Made by a program: the position numbers and the translations under genes
The notes under the pieces: model-generated
Databases searched by the model: none
Told to the model about the DNA's origin: nothing
Seen by the model: only the letters and a program-made list of their open reading frames with translations
From: Takakia lepidozioides
Taxonomy: Eukaryota; Plantae; Bryophyta
Assembly (NCBI GenBank): GCA_030704615.1
Contig: CM060732.1
Coordinates: 71,796,001-71,860,000, forward strand
DNA length: 64,000 bases
Reading direction: 5' to 3'
Part shown: in pieces, positions 36,803 through 50,044 of the stretch
How positions within the stretch are numbered: the stretch's first letter is position 1
Layout of the letters: each line of letters begins with the position of its first letter

Positions 36803-39800
36803 GGACCATGCGGCTGGACACCACAAATTCCTTACCGAAAAAAAGTCTCTTTCTACCTCCAAACCCTGCACTTTGCTTCACAGTTCCGGTAAAAATCAGA
36901 GTGTAAAATCGAGATATCGTTGTAGAAGCACTTTTGGACTCAGGAGCTTCAGCTTGTTTTATGGACAAAAACTTTGCGAAGCAACAAAATTTAACGCTCG
37001 TAAAGAAGAAACTCTCGGCCCCCATTGAAGTCATCGATGGACGACCGTTAGCATCAGGAAATGTGGACCATGAAACTCGATCACTTGAAGTGAAAGCTTA
37101 AAGATCAAGCATCACATATTGTTTTCAATGTCATCCAGTCTCCAACGAATCCTGTAATCCTTGGACTTCCCTGGTTCGTACTTCACAATCCCGATATCGA
37201 CTGACGATCGCGAAAAATTTCTGCAAGACAAAAATGTAGAAATATCAAAGGTATTCAACCCTTATTCCTTAGAGCTAGAGCTTTCATGAGAACTACCAAA
37301 AAGGAGGCGACATTTGCACTTTATGCGACTCCGATCAAGACCACAACAGACAAATGTACTTCAACATTACCCGCTCAATATCAAGATTTCAAAGATGTCT
37401 TCGAGAAAAAAAATGCAGACATGTTGCCAGAACATCGATCTTATGACTGTGCAATTGAGTTACAAGAAAGAGCCCAACCACCATTCGGCTCAATCTATAA
37501 CTTATCCCAGATGGAGTTGGCTGCATTACGTGAATACATTGATGAAAATTTGTCGAAGCATTTCATCCGACATTCAAAATCACCCGCGGGGGCGCCTATC
37601 TTGTTTATGAAAACGAAGGACGGATCATTACGCATGTGTGTCGACTATCGCGGTCTCAACAAAGTCACAATTAAGAATCGTTATCCGTTGCCGCTGATTT
37701 CTGGGCTTCTCGACCAGCTGGGACGAGCGAAGATTTTCACCAAAATCGACTTGAGAGGAGCCTATAACATTGTACGGATAAAAGAATGAGACGAATGGAA
37801 AACAACTTTTCGAACAAGGTATGGACATTTTGAATACAGTGTTATGACTTTCGGTCTTATCAATGCTGCAGCAATTTTCCAACATATGATGAATGACATC
37901 TTTCGAGAATTTTTAGATGACTTTGTAGTCATCTATTTGGACGACATTTTGATATCTTCACAGAATGAAGAAGAAGATGGCCGCCATGTACGCCTTGTCC
38001 TTGATAAATTAAGAGAAAGATGATTATATGTCAAGTTGGAGAAATGTTTTTTCCATCAATCTGAGGTCGAATTCTGGGCTACATTATTTCCGACAAATGC
38101 GTCTTTATGGATCAGAAGAAAATACAAACCATCATCGAGTGGATTAAACCAACTTCGGTCCGAGATGTACAATGTTTTCTGGGCTTTGCAAATTTCTATA
38201 GAATCTTCATCAATGACTACTCCAAAATTGCTGCACCGTTGACATGACTCACAATGAAGGACAAATTTGTATGGGACGAGAAGGCTGACCATACATTTGA
38301 AAAGCTGAAGCAGGCATTTACAACGGCTCCAATACTGGTACATGCAGACCCATCTAAACCATTATTCTTAGAAGCAGATGCATCGGATTTTGCACTTGGC
38401 GCGGTACTCTCTTAATACGGTACAGATGGCCGACTCCACCCTGTGGGTTTTCGTTCTCGCAAATTTTCCGCTGCGGAGATCAATTATGAAATCCATGACA
38501 AAGAATTTCTAGCGATTATCGATGCTTTTGAGGAGTGACGACATCTATTAGAGAGAGCTAAACATCAGGTCACTGTCTATACCAATCACAAAAACCTCGG
38601 TGCTCGTGTTTTGAATCGACGTCAAGCGAGATGGAGTATGTCACTAGCAAGGTTTGATTTTGTTATTACCTACCGTCCCAGACATCTTCAAGAAAAACCA
38701 GATGCTCTTTCTCGATAATCGTATCTTGCGTCAAAAGAAGGGGATGCAGTTTTTTACTAACAAAAATCCATTATCTTGAAACCAATAAATCTCCAATTGA
38801 ATATGTTATCCATGTCCACCTATGACGATGCAGAGATCATAAAGGAGATTTAGGAAGCACTGAAGAGCGACCATTTTGCTACGACACTACGAAGTCAACT
38901 AAATCAACCTCGAGACAACCCACATGTTACAAACGACTTCAAATTCAAAGATGACTTACTTTACTTCAAAGGACTTCTCTATGTACCTCCAAGACCTACA
39001 CGACTTCGAATTCTTCAAACATGTCATGATCTTCCGGCTACAGGACATTTCGACTTCAACAAAACATTGGAGTTGATATCCAGGAACTATTGATGGCCGT
39101 AGATGTGGAAACTCGTGAAAGAATTCATAAAATCTTGTGACACGTGTGCTAGAGCGAAGGGACCACGACATTGACCTTACGGCCTTCTTCAACCATTACC
39201 CATTCTCGAGGGTCCATGGTCGTCCGTGTCTATGGACTTTATTACAGACCTTCCAATTTCCAAGACCACCGATTCAATTCTTGTTATTGTAGATCGTTTT
39301 ACAAAGATGACACATTTCATTTCATGTAATAAGACGGTCCCGGCGAGGAAACTGCAAGACTCTTCCTCAATAATATCTACCGCATTCATGGACTCCCGAA
39401 TGACATTGTATCTGATCAATGACCACAGTTCATATCAAATTTCTGGAAGGGATTATTTCACATATTGGATACTAAGATCAACCTCTCTACAGCTAATCAT
39501 CCACAGACTGATGGTCAAACCGAACGTGTAAACCAGATTTTGGAGCAGTATCTTCGTTGTACGATAAATTATCACCAAGATAATTAGACGGACCTTCTGT
39601 CATTGGCTGAGTTTGCCTACAACAACATTATACATTTTTCGACCAAACAAACTCCATTTTTCTCCAATTATGGTCATCATCCTCGAGCAAACCCTTTCTA
39701 CATGAAGACTGTTGGAAGCCTTGCTGTAGAAAACCTTGCTACTCATCTAGCTACGATTCACAAGGAGCTTACATCCCACCTCGCAGAAGCTCAAAAACAA

Positions 39801-40289
39801 TACAAGAAGTATGCAGATCAACGTCGCCAACACCAACCCCAGTTCAAGGTCGGAGATCGTGTGTGGCTTCTTCGACGAGACATACAAACTTCGCGACCAT
39901 CAAGGAAGTTGGATTATCAACGCCTGGGACCATTCAAAATTATTCGACAAATAAATCTGGTCAGTTTTCGGCTTGAATTCCCACGAAGTATGTGCATCCA
40001 TCCAGTCTTTCATGTTTCATTATTGGAGTTGTATCATCCATCGAATATTCCAGGGAGAGTCTCCGTACCACCTCCACTAGTCGAAGTCAATCAAGAACTT
40101 GAGTATGAAGTCGATGAAGTCTTAGACTCTCGCATCAAGTATAAACGTCTTAAGTATTTCGTCCATTGAAAAGGCTACGACATTAGCGAACGAACGTGAG
40201 AACCTTCATCCAACCTCGCCAATGCATCTGACAAAGTCCAAGAGTTTCATCAACGATATCCAGCTAAGCCCCGAGCTACACGTCAATAA
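36778..40289 (+). pseudogene. pol: protease, RT, RNase H, integrase, chromodomain (disrupted)
   Basis: ALLDSGA; [11 protein letters not shown]; YLDD (~37933); ADASD; SMDFITDLP; LGPFKI; EYEVDEVLDSR...KGY chromodomain. Many transition-type stops. Confidence 0.95.
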
Positions 40290-40435
40290 GATGTCACAAC
40301 GATGATGTCAGCCAAGTTAGCTTCAAGGTGAAGACTCCACATTCAATGTACTTGATACACGCTAAGAAAGGAGGAGCACCACACATCAGTATATATAGTT
40401 ACACTTCCATCACTCTTGCATCTTGTATTGGCAGT

Positions 40436-40837
40436 ATGAAGTCACAGGAACTAGATACATTAAAGTTGTCGCTTACCCAGCTACCGGATCAGCCATTCCG
40501 ACTCTTACGACCTTCAACATCACGCCGACGCTCTCGAGACGATGTGCCACCAATGCGACGCGTACTTCCTCGTCTGAACCCCGTACGACGACAAGTGGAG
40601 CCTACTCGAAGTCTGATAATTTTGTTGGAGATTGAGGCTTCGGACCTAGAGGGCAACGAAATCATGTTTGAAGGCAGCTTCGAAAATCAGAATGCTCAAA
40701 TCACTGCGTGGTTCCAAGTTCAAGGGGTTGGTCATTATCGATGGTTGAAGGGACCTATAAATCATTTGAGTCAAGAACGAAGAGCCGAATATTTGACAAG
40801 TACCATTCGCCGGATTTTGGATTTTCTCCAACTCTAA
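40436..40837 (+). CDS. Extra 133-aa ORF of unknown function between pol and the PPT
   Basis: Stop-free frame from 40328 to 40837; TATATATA at ~40390 upstream of the ATG at 40436. Confidence 0.5.
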   Translation: MKSQELDTLKLSLTQLPDQPFRLLRPSTSRRRSRDDVPPMRRVLPRLNPVRRQVEPTRSLIILLEIEASDLEGNEIMFEGSFENQNAQITAWFQVQGVGHYRWLKGPINHLSQERRAEYLTSTIRRILDFLQL

Positions 40838-40892
40838 GCAAGTCCAAGATTTTACCGCTCCTCGAGGAACTCGGCGCTAGAGAAGGGGGTGA

Positions 40893-41477
40893 TATCACGG
40901 ACATAGCCCAGAAGAACTTACCAGGAGTAAATACCAGAAGTTATCAAGTTACCATGTTACCGAAAGTTACCATGATTTACCGTGAATTTATCATTACTTA
41001 CCAAGTTACCGGGAGTTTACCAAATTACCAAGAGTAACTTGGGAAACTACTCAGGAAGCTTCCTTTGGAGGAAACTTCTCCATCAAGATACCTCTTTTGT
41101 TTAAGGAAGCTTCTCCATCAAGAAACCTTTGTTTAATCTTGGAAACTTCTCTAGCAAGAAACCTCCATAGGGGAAACTTCTTGGGGAAGCTTCTTAGTAG
41201 CCAGTATATATAGGAGGCGAGACTGGACACTCTTCAGTGTCGCCAACACCAGTTCAAGCTACTCTTGTTTCCAGTTCCCAGTACTCTAGCCTAGTTTCCA
41301 GTATTCTAGTATTCAAGTCGTGTTCCAATATCTTGTACTCTTGTTCATTGTTATAAAGATCGTATTGATTCCTATTTACTCATCGTGCATTCGGCCACGC
41401 CAACCTTGACTTCTTGTCTAGCATTGTACCTTTAGTTTTATCTCTTGTTGTGTTCAGCCATGTTCTCGTTCTTGACA
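40893..41477 (+). repeat. 3' LTR
   Basis: TATCACGG (mutated TG start)...TGACA; matches the 5' LTR apart from a ~20-bp repeat-unit indel and substitutions. Confidence 0.95.
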
Positions 41478-41649
41478 CAACATACAAGCAATGCCCCCCA
41501 CCTCCCCCTGATATTCCGTTCCTCCATTGACCATCACCACCCGATATGAACCCACAGAGGAAATGAAATGATGTCATCTGTCAACAACACAATTTTCAAT
41601 TTCCAAACTGTGTTACATTTCGAAACGTTGTTTTTTTCTTTTTCCCCCA

Positions 41650-41818
41650 AGGAAACACCAGCCCAGCAACTTGGCCTTAAGGGGGAAGATAAACTCCCTC
41701 TTAGCCATGGAGGCTTTAGAGGGGCAAAGTCCAGCCCGAAGGCAAAAAGACAGATGACAGTGGTTTGAACCCCAGACCCAGAGTCCAAGACATGAATAGC
41801 TTACCACCGGGGCACAAC
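41650..41818 (-). mobile_element. Putative tRNA-derived SINE, different family
   Basis: Minus strand has TGCCCCGGTGGTAA (A-box-like) and GGTTCAAACC (B box) at tRNA-like spacing. 3' boundary uncertain. Confidence 0.4.
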
Positions 41819-42159
41819 TTTTGAAATTCTTATTGTGTTATCATTCCATATCTGCTACATATTGACCCATAACATATATGGAGGGTAATTGATGTACCAT
41901 CCAGTTTTTGGACAACTTTCTTATACATCTGTATGTATATGTGTTAATTTTTCCGTGTTAATTAATTTGATTAAAAGGGCCTCCGTCCCTTTTTCTTTAT
42001 AACAAAAAAAGTGTGGGGGTGTGTGTGGGCACCCAAGCCATGGGTAACCCCCGGCAATTGGAATGCGCACCGAGAGCCGCTCAAGTATTTCTGGGTTCAA
42101 ATCCTGCTACCTTGTCGGGTGGGGTATAATCTTCTCCCGGGTGTCCCCTAATAATTATA

Positions 42160-42320
42160 TTTGACGCCTCCCGAAGGAAGCGTAAATTATGGTGTCTCTT
42201 CACCCCCGAAAGGTTATCAGTACTTTCATGTAGGAAGGTGGACACCTATGTGACACCAATCGGTGGATTGAACGCACAACCACTTCCGAGGTGGTATGTG
42301 CCCATTACCGGTATGCTACA
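42160..42320 (-). mobile_element. tRNA-derived SINE, family A, copy 3 (a 3' fragment also lies at ~19760-19797)
   Basis: TGACGCCTCCCGAAGGAAGCGTAAATTATGGTGTCTC...GGTATGTGCCCATTACC shared with the 5425 and 6400 copies. Confidence 0.65.
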
Positions 42321-43107
42321 ACTTGGTTGTCCCCGGTGTCCCATAATATAAGCCAGACTTGTGCTCGGTGCCTGATAGCAAGGCCACACTGGACGCAAAT
42401 GGCGTTGGCGACCGCGGGGCGGTTGACGGTGGTGGCTGCTGGGGCCACACTACCTGCGTTTTACGCTGGATAATCCTAGCTCGCACCGTTTCGAGGGGAG
42501 AGATGTGGCCTAGATCCGATGGCTCAGATCCACTCGGGAGATTCACCACACACGACACTCTTCACTCCTTGTCCCTTTTCGTGGAGTACTTGCATTGGCT
42601 CCGCAATGCCCGGACGTGCGTTCATCCCCATAACGCAGAGCCCTCTGCGTTATGAAACGCCGTCGAGCAGACGAGGTGGCGGCAGTGTTAGGAACTGCCT
42701 GGTACCGCTAACCGCTACACGCCAAGGCCCCACGTTATGGGAACCGGCGTTGGCGAACACAAAGTGCCAGCGTGGCCCTGGTATGGCGTTTACTTTCATT
42801 TCTCTAACTAAGGGGCTCCCAGGCATTGCCCTTTATATAAAATAGTATATAAAAGGAAAAGATGTACAAAAACAGGATGGCACAGAGATAAGTTAGTGAG
42901 TGGAAGGTCTATTAATGGACCGCAGTGTACACAAGATTAGGTTAACTAATGAGGGCAAAGGCAGCGACGGTTGGGCGATCGCCGATGGGTGATTTGCAGG
43001 GTTGCGGTGGCGCACTGTTCCATCGTCCGCGGCTGGCCTGGTTGTTGCAGGCAGACACACGAGTTGCTCCCAGGAGATTGTGCTCTCTGCTTTGTGCAGC
43101 TGCCGAC

Positions 43108-46100
43108 ATGGGGATCGAAGTAGCTGCGATCACTCGCTTGGGGTTCATTGGAGCTGGCCAGATGGCGGAGGCCATAGCGAGGGGCCTTAACCGCGCAGGT
43201 GTGTTGCCGACCGATCGCATGAGCGCCGCCGATATCAATTCTGGTCGTTGCCAAGTGTTTGAGAGCATGGGTACTTCAATCTGTGTTTCCAACTCTAAGG
43301 TGCATATATCCTGTTTATTTGGCCGCTTCGGATGAGTATGCAATTTGATCTCTAGAAACCAACCTAATTTGCAATTAAGATCAAGAAATCAGGGAGGAAT
43401 TCATTTGTTGCAAGCATCATTTTTCAATTGAGGTGTTCTCGTTTGTAGTTGTGGATGTGATCGGTCGTTTTTTTTTTCTGGAGCAGGTGGCAGAGAGCAG
43501 CAATGTGTTGATACTCGCGGTGAAACCGCAGATTGGTACGGTCACACTCTCACCAATGCCCTGAGCACGTCTAGAACATTAGAGGAACGATTGTCATGTT
43601 GACAGACTTTTGCAGTTATAAGATAATTGCCTGAAAACACTTGAAAAGGCCTGGTCAAATGGGCGCATTGCTAGCGTTACTTGTTTATTACTTCTTCCCT
43701 TTAATTCCCAGCTAAGCCCTCCTACTCTACTGCAAGGATGCACGTCCCCTGAACCATCAGGGATTACGAGGGGTGTTCTTGCTTTTAAAATGTAGATTGC
43801 TGGATTGATGTGAAGTTGTAAATATATGGAAGGACGATCACGTCAAACTGACCTCTGTCGCCTGTGGATGCAGCTGAGAAGGTCGTGACGGAGCTGCAGC
43901 CAAGCTTGACAAAGGACCATCTTTTGGTGTCGATTGCTGCGGGCATAACTCTTGAAAACCTGCAGGTTTGTTGTTGCTGTCCTCTGTACTAAGAAACGGT
44001 TCTCTCCTTTGAAAATGACGCGGTCACATGCACCAACAAAATCACTTGTTGGAGGTCAAAATGGTGGAGATGACTATATTCTTTTGTCTGTTATATGAGG
44101 ATGGGAAGAAATTTATGCCTGTGAAGACTGCTTTATGAGAAATAAAACTTTTAGCCGCCGGCAGGTTGCATCCCAAAACTCAATGAATGTTGGTGTACAT
44201 CCTGAATTTATCTTTGATTACTTTCTCAGATGGCGCATGACAATATGTAAATGCTCCAGATTTTGCAAAATTTCTATTATCGGGGTTAATGACAGGCATG
44301 CTTTCCATGCAGAAATGGGCAGGAGAAGCCAGAGTGGTGAGGGTTATGCCCAATTTACCATGCCTTGTGGGCGAGGCTGCTTCAGGTGCATTCCCTTTCT
44401 ACAGGTCTGCATCAATTTAGCAATATGTTTGGATGAATGCTGGATTGCTGTCTCGTTCAGTTATTGTTGACAATGCCGGGAGATATCTGAACTTAGATTG
44501 CTGTCATCAGTTGTGATAAATTATGTGGAAAACACAGTTGCCAAAAGTTCAACTGCATGTGTGTTCTTGAGAGTCCAATGAACAGTTCACGGTTTTGGTT
44601 TTAACAGGGTCAAAAAGAAAAGAAGCCTGAATTGCCTGACCATAAGACATTGTTTGCCATAGCATTTTGGCCATAGACCCTGCGCTAGTTTGGGTGGAAC
44701 AAGAGGGAACAGACAGTACCTTTGTGAGGGGCTCGCTTCAGTATTGGGACTTACCTTGATATCAACAATTAGTTCGGGCTTTCCAGATTTCTTCTAGAAA
44801 ACCCTTCACGCAATCATCGATCTGATATGTGTGAGCTCCCCAGCAGTAAGACCCCAACAGGGCCAAGGCTTTAGGTGCAGCCTCGAGATTTTGACATGTG
44901 GACAGAGGACAATGTTCCTGATGGTCCTGAAGAGGTAGCTCCTGAGAGAGAGAGAGCTAGACAAGGAAACACAAAACTTAATGTGCTGTGTCCATGTCTT
45001 TTTCGCAACAACACCAGCCTGGTTTAGCCACCATGAAAGTGCTTCAACCCAAATCTGTCTCCATACCTCCGTTTGTCATATCATCACTTCAAAAGCCAAC
45101 AGGTTAGTTGTTCCCTGTGAAACCCAGGCTTAAACCCCTTCACAGGCTACGGACGGGGATCTGCTCGTCTCCTAAATGAGAAGGATGGCCATGACATCTG
45201 AAAATATTAGGTTAACCACTTTGCCTCATGAGTCTCTCCATTCATTCTCAACAGACTAACGGGACCAGGAAATTCCCAAGTGATCTTACTAAGATTTCCG
45301 CACATTAAAGGAAAAGAGAGAAGAAAGAAAGAAAGAAAGGAACTCTATAATGTCTGCGGAAACCTCAGACAGCTTATGGAACAAGAGCAAACAGTATACA
45401 AGGAAGAGAGTGGGGCCCTCAAGAAGCAGCCTAAAACCAATAATTGATCAAGGAATTCCCTAAGATGTAATGCCTCATGCAGATGTGCTGCCAAGCATTT
45501 CTGATCCTTGTAGTGGAACACCTCAGTAAGGGATTGGCTGTCTCGGAAAGAGAGAGAGAGAAAGAGAGAGAGAGTTTGAGTTGATGGGGTAATCACACAC
45601 CGTTCCCTGTGAATGTTGGCCATAGCTGGAGACAGATGTGATTAATGATGCTTTTTTTGAGGTGTTAAGAGCAGACCATTTGGGTTTTCTTGCTACACAC
45701 ACTCCTTTGTGTTTCTGTTAGTGCATGTGCATGCATTATTAATCCTGGGACTATGCTTTGGCAAGGAGAGTGTCAAATTGTTTTTATCTGTGTTGACCTT
45801 TTGTGAGAATCTGCTGCAAGCCTCTGATTCTTATTTGGGGTGGCAGCTCTTAGCCTGGGAGGTAAAGCAACGCAGAAGGATGCAGAACTTGTGATAGCCC
45901 TGTTTGAGGCTGTAGGCAAGATCCATGTGGTGGATGAAAAGCTCTTGAATGCAGTGACTGCTGTCAGGTAAGAGCTGCTCAAAGGGGTAGCAGAAGGTGG
46001 GGAGAGACCATTTGGAGTAAGAGATGTGCACAGCCAACTCAAAGAATGTGTGGATTAGGTACTGTGTAGGTTATGAGCTATCCGAACTGTAGTGTGTGCA

Positions 46101-47390
46101 TTTTGTAGCGAGTGTTGTTACCAGGTTTTTTAATCAGTAGCATCCAAGTGGCAAGTGAAGCATTTGTTGCCAAAATTCAAGCTTGATCATCATCTTACTA
46201 AAGCAATGGCTTAGAATCAGGAAATCGATGTATCACACATAAAATTTGCTATTTTAGTGAACCTAACCTTGATGCTGGTTCATTATGTGAAATTCATATT
46301 AGGAGGTTCTGTTTTCTCGCAGTGCGAGTGGGCCTGCCTATGTGTTTTTGGCTATTGAGGCAATGGCCGATGGTGGTGTTGCCGTGGGCCTTCCCCGTGA
46401 TATCGCCCTCTCTCTGGCTGCTCAGACGGTGTGTGCCAGCAATCTTACTTTGAAAGAGGATTTTATTCATAACATTAGGTTTATATTTTATGAGCCATTT
46501 TGAAGGATTGAAGGGCTTGGTAGAGTTTGAGCAAGGAAATCATGTCTTGTTGCCGCGGTTGGAGAAACTTGATATTACATGCAGTAAAGGAACGTAGCTC
46601 GCTATTCCCTCAATATTTATCGTCATCCCTGTCGCATGCACATGTTTCGAGTCATTTACAAAGCAATCTTTGCAGTTTTCTTCATAGGTCTTCATAGTGG
46701 AATCTTGTGTGCCAGTGGGGCTTGGTAAAGGTGATTGTATCTCTTAAGTAGCATCTGTCATTGTAGCTGGGAAGGCCTGGAGTGTCTACCGTTACGAGCT
46801 CAAATGATTGGTGGTTCTTTTTGTTGGCTATTTTAGAAATTGCACTTATGTTCAATTGCCAAAGTAAAGGGACTGGTGGGGATTTGGCAGGTGCTGGGAG
46901 CTGCAAAGATGGTTATAGAGACTAAAAAGCACCCGGCTCAACTAAAAGATGAAGTTGCATCGCCTGGAGGTATACAGCGTGCTCTGCTCTTTGTCAGCTG
47001 TTGATCATTGTGTGTTCTGGTTAAGTTGGCACATGAAATGCAGGTATTTGAAATGGGAGGACAGACTTTTGGTTTTTGTGAAATGGCTGAAGAGAATACA
47101 TGAAGTCAGAAAAGTGTTTTTAGGTTGGAAGTTTCCTCCAAAAGACACCCTCTTAGGTGTTCATTGACCTTGAAGAATTGACTCTCGGGGCTTTTGTCTG
47201 TCAAAAAGATTTGCTTGTTGGACATTGGGAATTGTCAAGTTTGTTTACTAAGAATTCTGTCTGTCTGTGCTGCCTTTTTGCAGGCACAACCATAGCAGGT
47301 ATTCATGAGCTAGAGAAGCGGGGGTTTCGAGCTGCGCTGATGAATGCTGTTGTGGCTGCAGCTGAGCAAGGGGAAAAGCTTTCCAAGTAA
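43108..47390 (+). CDS. P5CR: Pyrroline-5-carboxylate reductase; exons 43108-43299, 43487-43535, 43874-43965, 44313-44385, 45847-45967, 46323-46428, 46891-46969, 47284-47390
   Basis: In-phase GT-AG exons give [48 protein letters not shown] and VASPGGTTIAG. Confidence 0.96.
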
Positions 47391-48104
47391 CTAGCTTGCA
47401 TAGAGTAGCTTTGATCCCGTCGTGCGCAACGCATAGAAAATTTACGCCTAGCATAGCGAGGACGTTCATTTGACAATTTTGTTCCAGACCAATGATTTGT
47501 GGGTGTTTTTAATCCAGATACCCTTTGAATTGATAATAAACATCTCCACTTGGAAGAGCAAGGACCAGTGCTGTAATTTTTTACTAAGCTTACGAGGCAG
47601 TAGATAAATTTCTAGTGGATGCTGTGTGTCAGGGTCCATGTTGGTGGAATTCTCACTGCCTGTTGTGGACAGACATCAGTCTAATCCTCTAGCCTCTCTA
47701 TTGTAAGCGTTGTATCAACCAAAGGGATTATGCCACTGTGTGGGCTACTGTTCATGGGGGGTGAAGCTGTAGATATGTCGCGTTGTAACTTGGTGAGCAG
47801 ATACTCCATGGGTTGTGAAAAACCACCCCAAGAACATCCTTTCACTTTGGTGGATGATATGGTAATCCAGACCACTCCCACATGTTGGAAGTGCAGGGTC
47901 ATCAAAATGTGATGTTGCTCTAGCAGTTGTGGTTGTCTTCAAAACCGTCCTAAAGAGATTTTTGATTGCCATTGTAAAGATGATATGATCAGCTGTTTGA
48001 TGTTGGGAATAGTGGAAGTCAGTGTGTTCAGTGTCAGAGAACCATCTCTTTCTCTCTAGGGGTCCAAAAGTATTTAAGAAAAAGAAAACGTACAGTAGGC
48101 ATCT

Positions 48105-48175
48105 TGCGCAGCCGGGGAATCGAACCCCGGTCAGTACCGTGGGAGGGTACTATGATACCACTACACCAGCTGCGC
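48105..48175 (-). tRNA. tRNA-Gly(CCC)
   Basis: 71-nt cloverleaf GCGCAGC...GCTGCGC-A; anticodon arm GTACC-CTCCCAC-GGTAC; T-loop GGTTCGATTCC; T-run downstream. Confidence 0.96.
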
Positions 48176-50044
48176 CTCAGATGACAGGGTGGGCACATTT
48201 TAAATTTATATTGAGCTAAACTCTGGTCATATCCCTAGCCAATCTTAATTATGACTTTCCTTACAAAGGGAAATTAGGAAATTACACAGCAGTTAATTAA
48301 TACACACAAGTCATCACTGTGGATTTGATTAGTAAGTAAGAGTTGGTGATGATTAGCAAGAGAGTGATTATGAGCAATAATAAGAAGGCTATCTATCAAG
48401 CCTGGTCTCTGGCGACTTATTGTACCGCGGCAATGACTGCTCCTCCTTTTCATACATTGCCGCATTCAAAGCCCGGATCCTTGGCAGCATTCCTCATTAA
48501 AGTCAAGGATTGATGGAACAATTGTTTTTGCTATCTCGACTCAATGACTCATGGTGGGTGGAGGACCCGCATCTCAAGAGACCCAACAATGTACATGTGC
48601 ATTCGAGATCTCGAGGAGAAGAAGATGTGAGAGAGTTTGCAGGATGTGGACAAACGGGAGCTGGTCTTCCTCACTTATGAGAGTGATGAAGAGTCGCCAG
48701 GTCTCCATTATTCCAAGTATAATGAGAACGCGTGAGGCTATATATAAGTATGCGAGTAAAGGCAGCACCTGTCCTCACGTACGCATGCTGCCATGAAGGC
48801 TGCGCATTGGGGGAGCGACATATCTGCCTGTGCTTGCTCGTTGGCGGTGCTTCCTGACGCTCTTCATTGATTGCCTTACTCTTGATTACCAGTCCTGCCG
48901 CTCTGCCAGGCGTGGTATATGGAGGTAGCCTACCTCAGGTAGGTGTTGTACATCTCGTGTAGGAGGACTTTGCTGCTCGTGATTACCATTCAAGGATTTT
49001 GGACTCAATAATCTCCAATTGGGCACTAGTGGACTACAGTCCCCCACTAGTGCCTCGACGGTATTTGATCAGTAAAAGACAGGACGCCAAGTCGCTCATC
49101 TAATACAAAAGACTGTATCTTGAGTGGTGTGCAGGAGAGACTTGTAGGTAGCTGTGTTCACTTGGTGAAGCTGCTAGTACGGCGGTCAACTCTGCTTCTC
49201 GGGGCACTGGGTCATGCACCCGTGCACTTACATATCAGAGTTTCCAGAACTCTATGTACATGCATTGCAGGAATTGGATTGCGTGTTGCAAGTTTTCAGA
49301 ACAGAGAATTGGCACTCAAAACTGTCGAGGACATTACTAGCTCGGCTTCGAAAGCAACAATGACGGGAAAGGGCTGAGACAATTGGGCAGAAGAAACCAA
49401 AAGGGGAAGAGAGGATAGACGTGGTGAAAAGCCAATTTGATCCTGCTCCATGCAAATGTCGAAGCTCTCACAGCTTTTCAACTCAAGTTTGCCCAACATG
49501 CTAGTTGAAACAAGCAATTTGAAACATATACTTTATTGCGTATGATGTATCCTGGAAATCACAGACATTGTATATTGGCGTCCACCTCACCTCCGAGGCC
49601 AAAACATCGTAATATCTCACAACTGGTTATGGAAGATCTCTCTTTATTATTTCGTAAACTCAAGTTACCCTTTAATGAGTTTCCCTTTAAGGGGTGTCGA
49701 ATGGACACCATCCCCCTGCTATACCTGCATCCTCTATCCTGGAGTGCACCAGACTTTCACACACCATACTGCGAATCTGGCATTCTTGGCCAAGACTAGT
49801 TACGGATTAACTGTGGTACGGGAGTAACAAAATGATAATAGCTCGGGTCCAACACACGGTAAAGGATCCTTAGCAAGACGACACTAAGTACACTGATTTA
49901 CCATGCGGAAATCGTAAGGTCACTACTCGAAAAGTAGCCCAACTCGAAGCCACCATTCTACAAAGAATAGAGCAGCGCTTCCACCACACTGGAGAGAGTG
50001 CTGCACGGTTTGCACTAACCAACCACATTCTAACTTAGAGCAGT

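Larger units (their letters stand above)
35131..41477 (+). mobile_element. Full-length decayed Ty3/gypsy chromovirus LTR retrotransposon (Tcn1/sushi-like gag)
   Basis: LTRs at 35131-35734 and 40893-41477. 5-bp TSD CAACA at 35126-35130 and 41478-41482. PPT AGAGAAGGGGG at ~40879. Domain order gag-PR-RT-RH-IN-chromodomain. Confidence 0.97.

Noticed and set aside
21221-40289. Premature stops possibly rescued by U-to-C RNA editing
   Set aside because: This is nuclear, intron-containing DNA and such editing is organellar. Frameshifts and TGG-derived stops co-occur, consistent with mutational decay.
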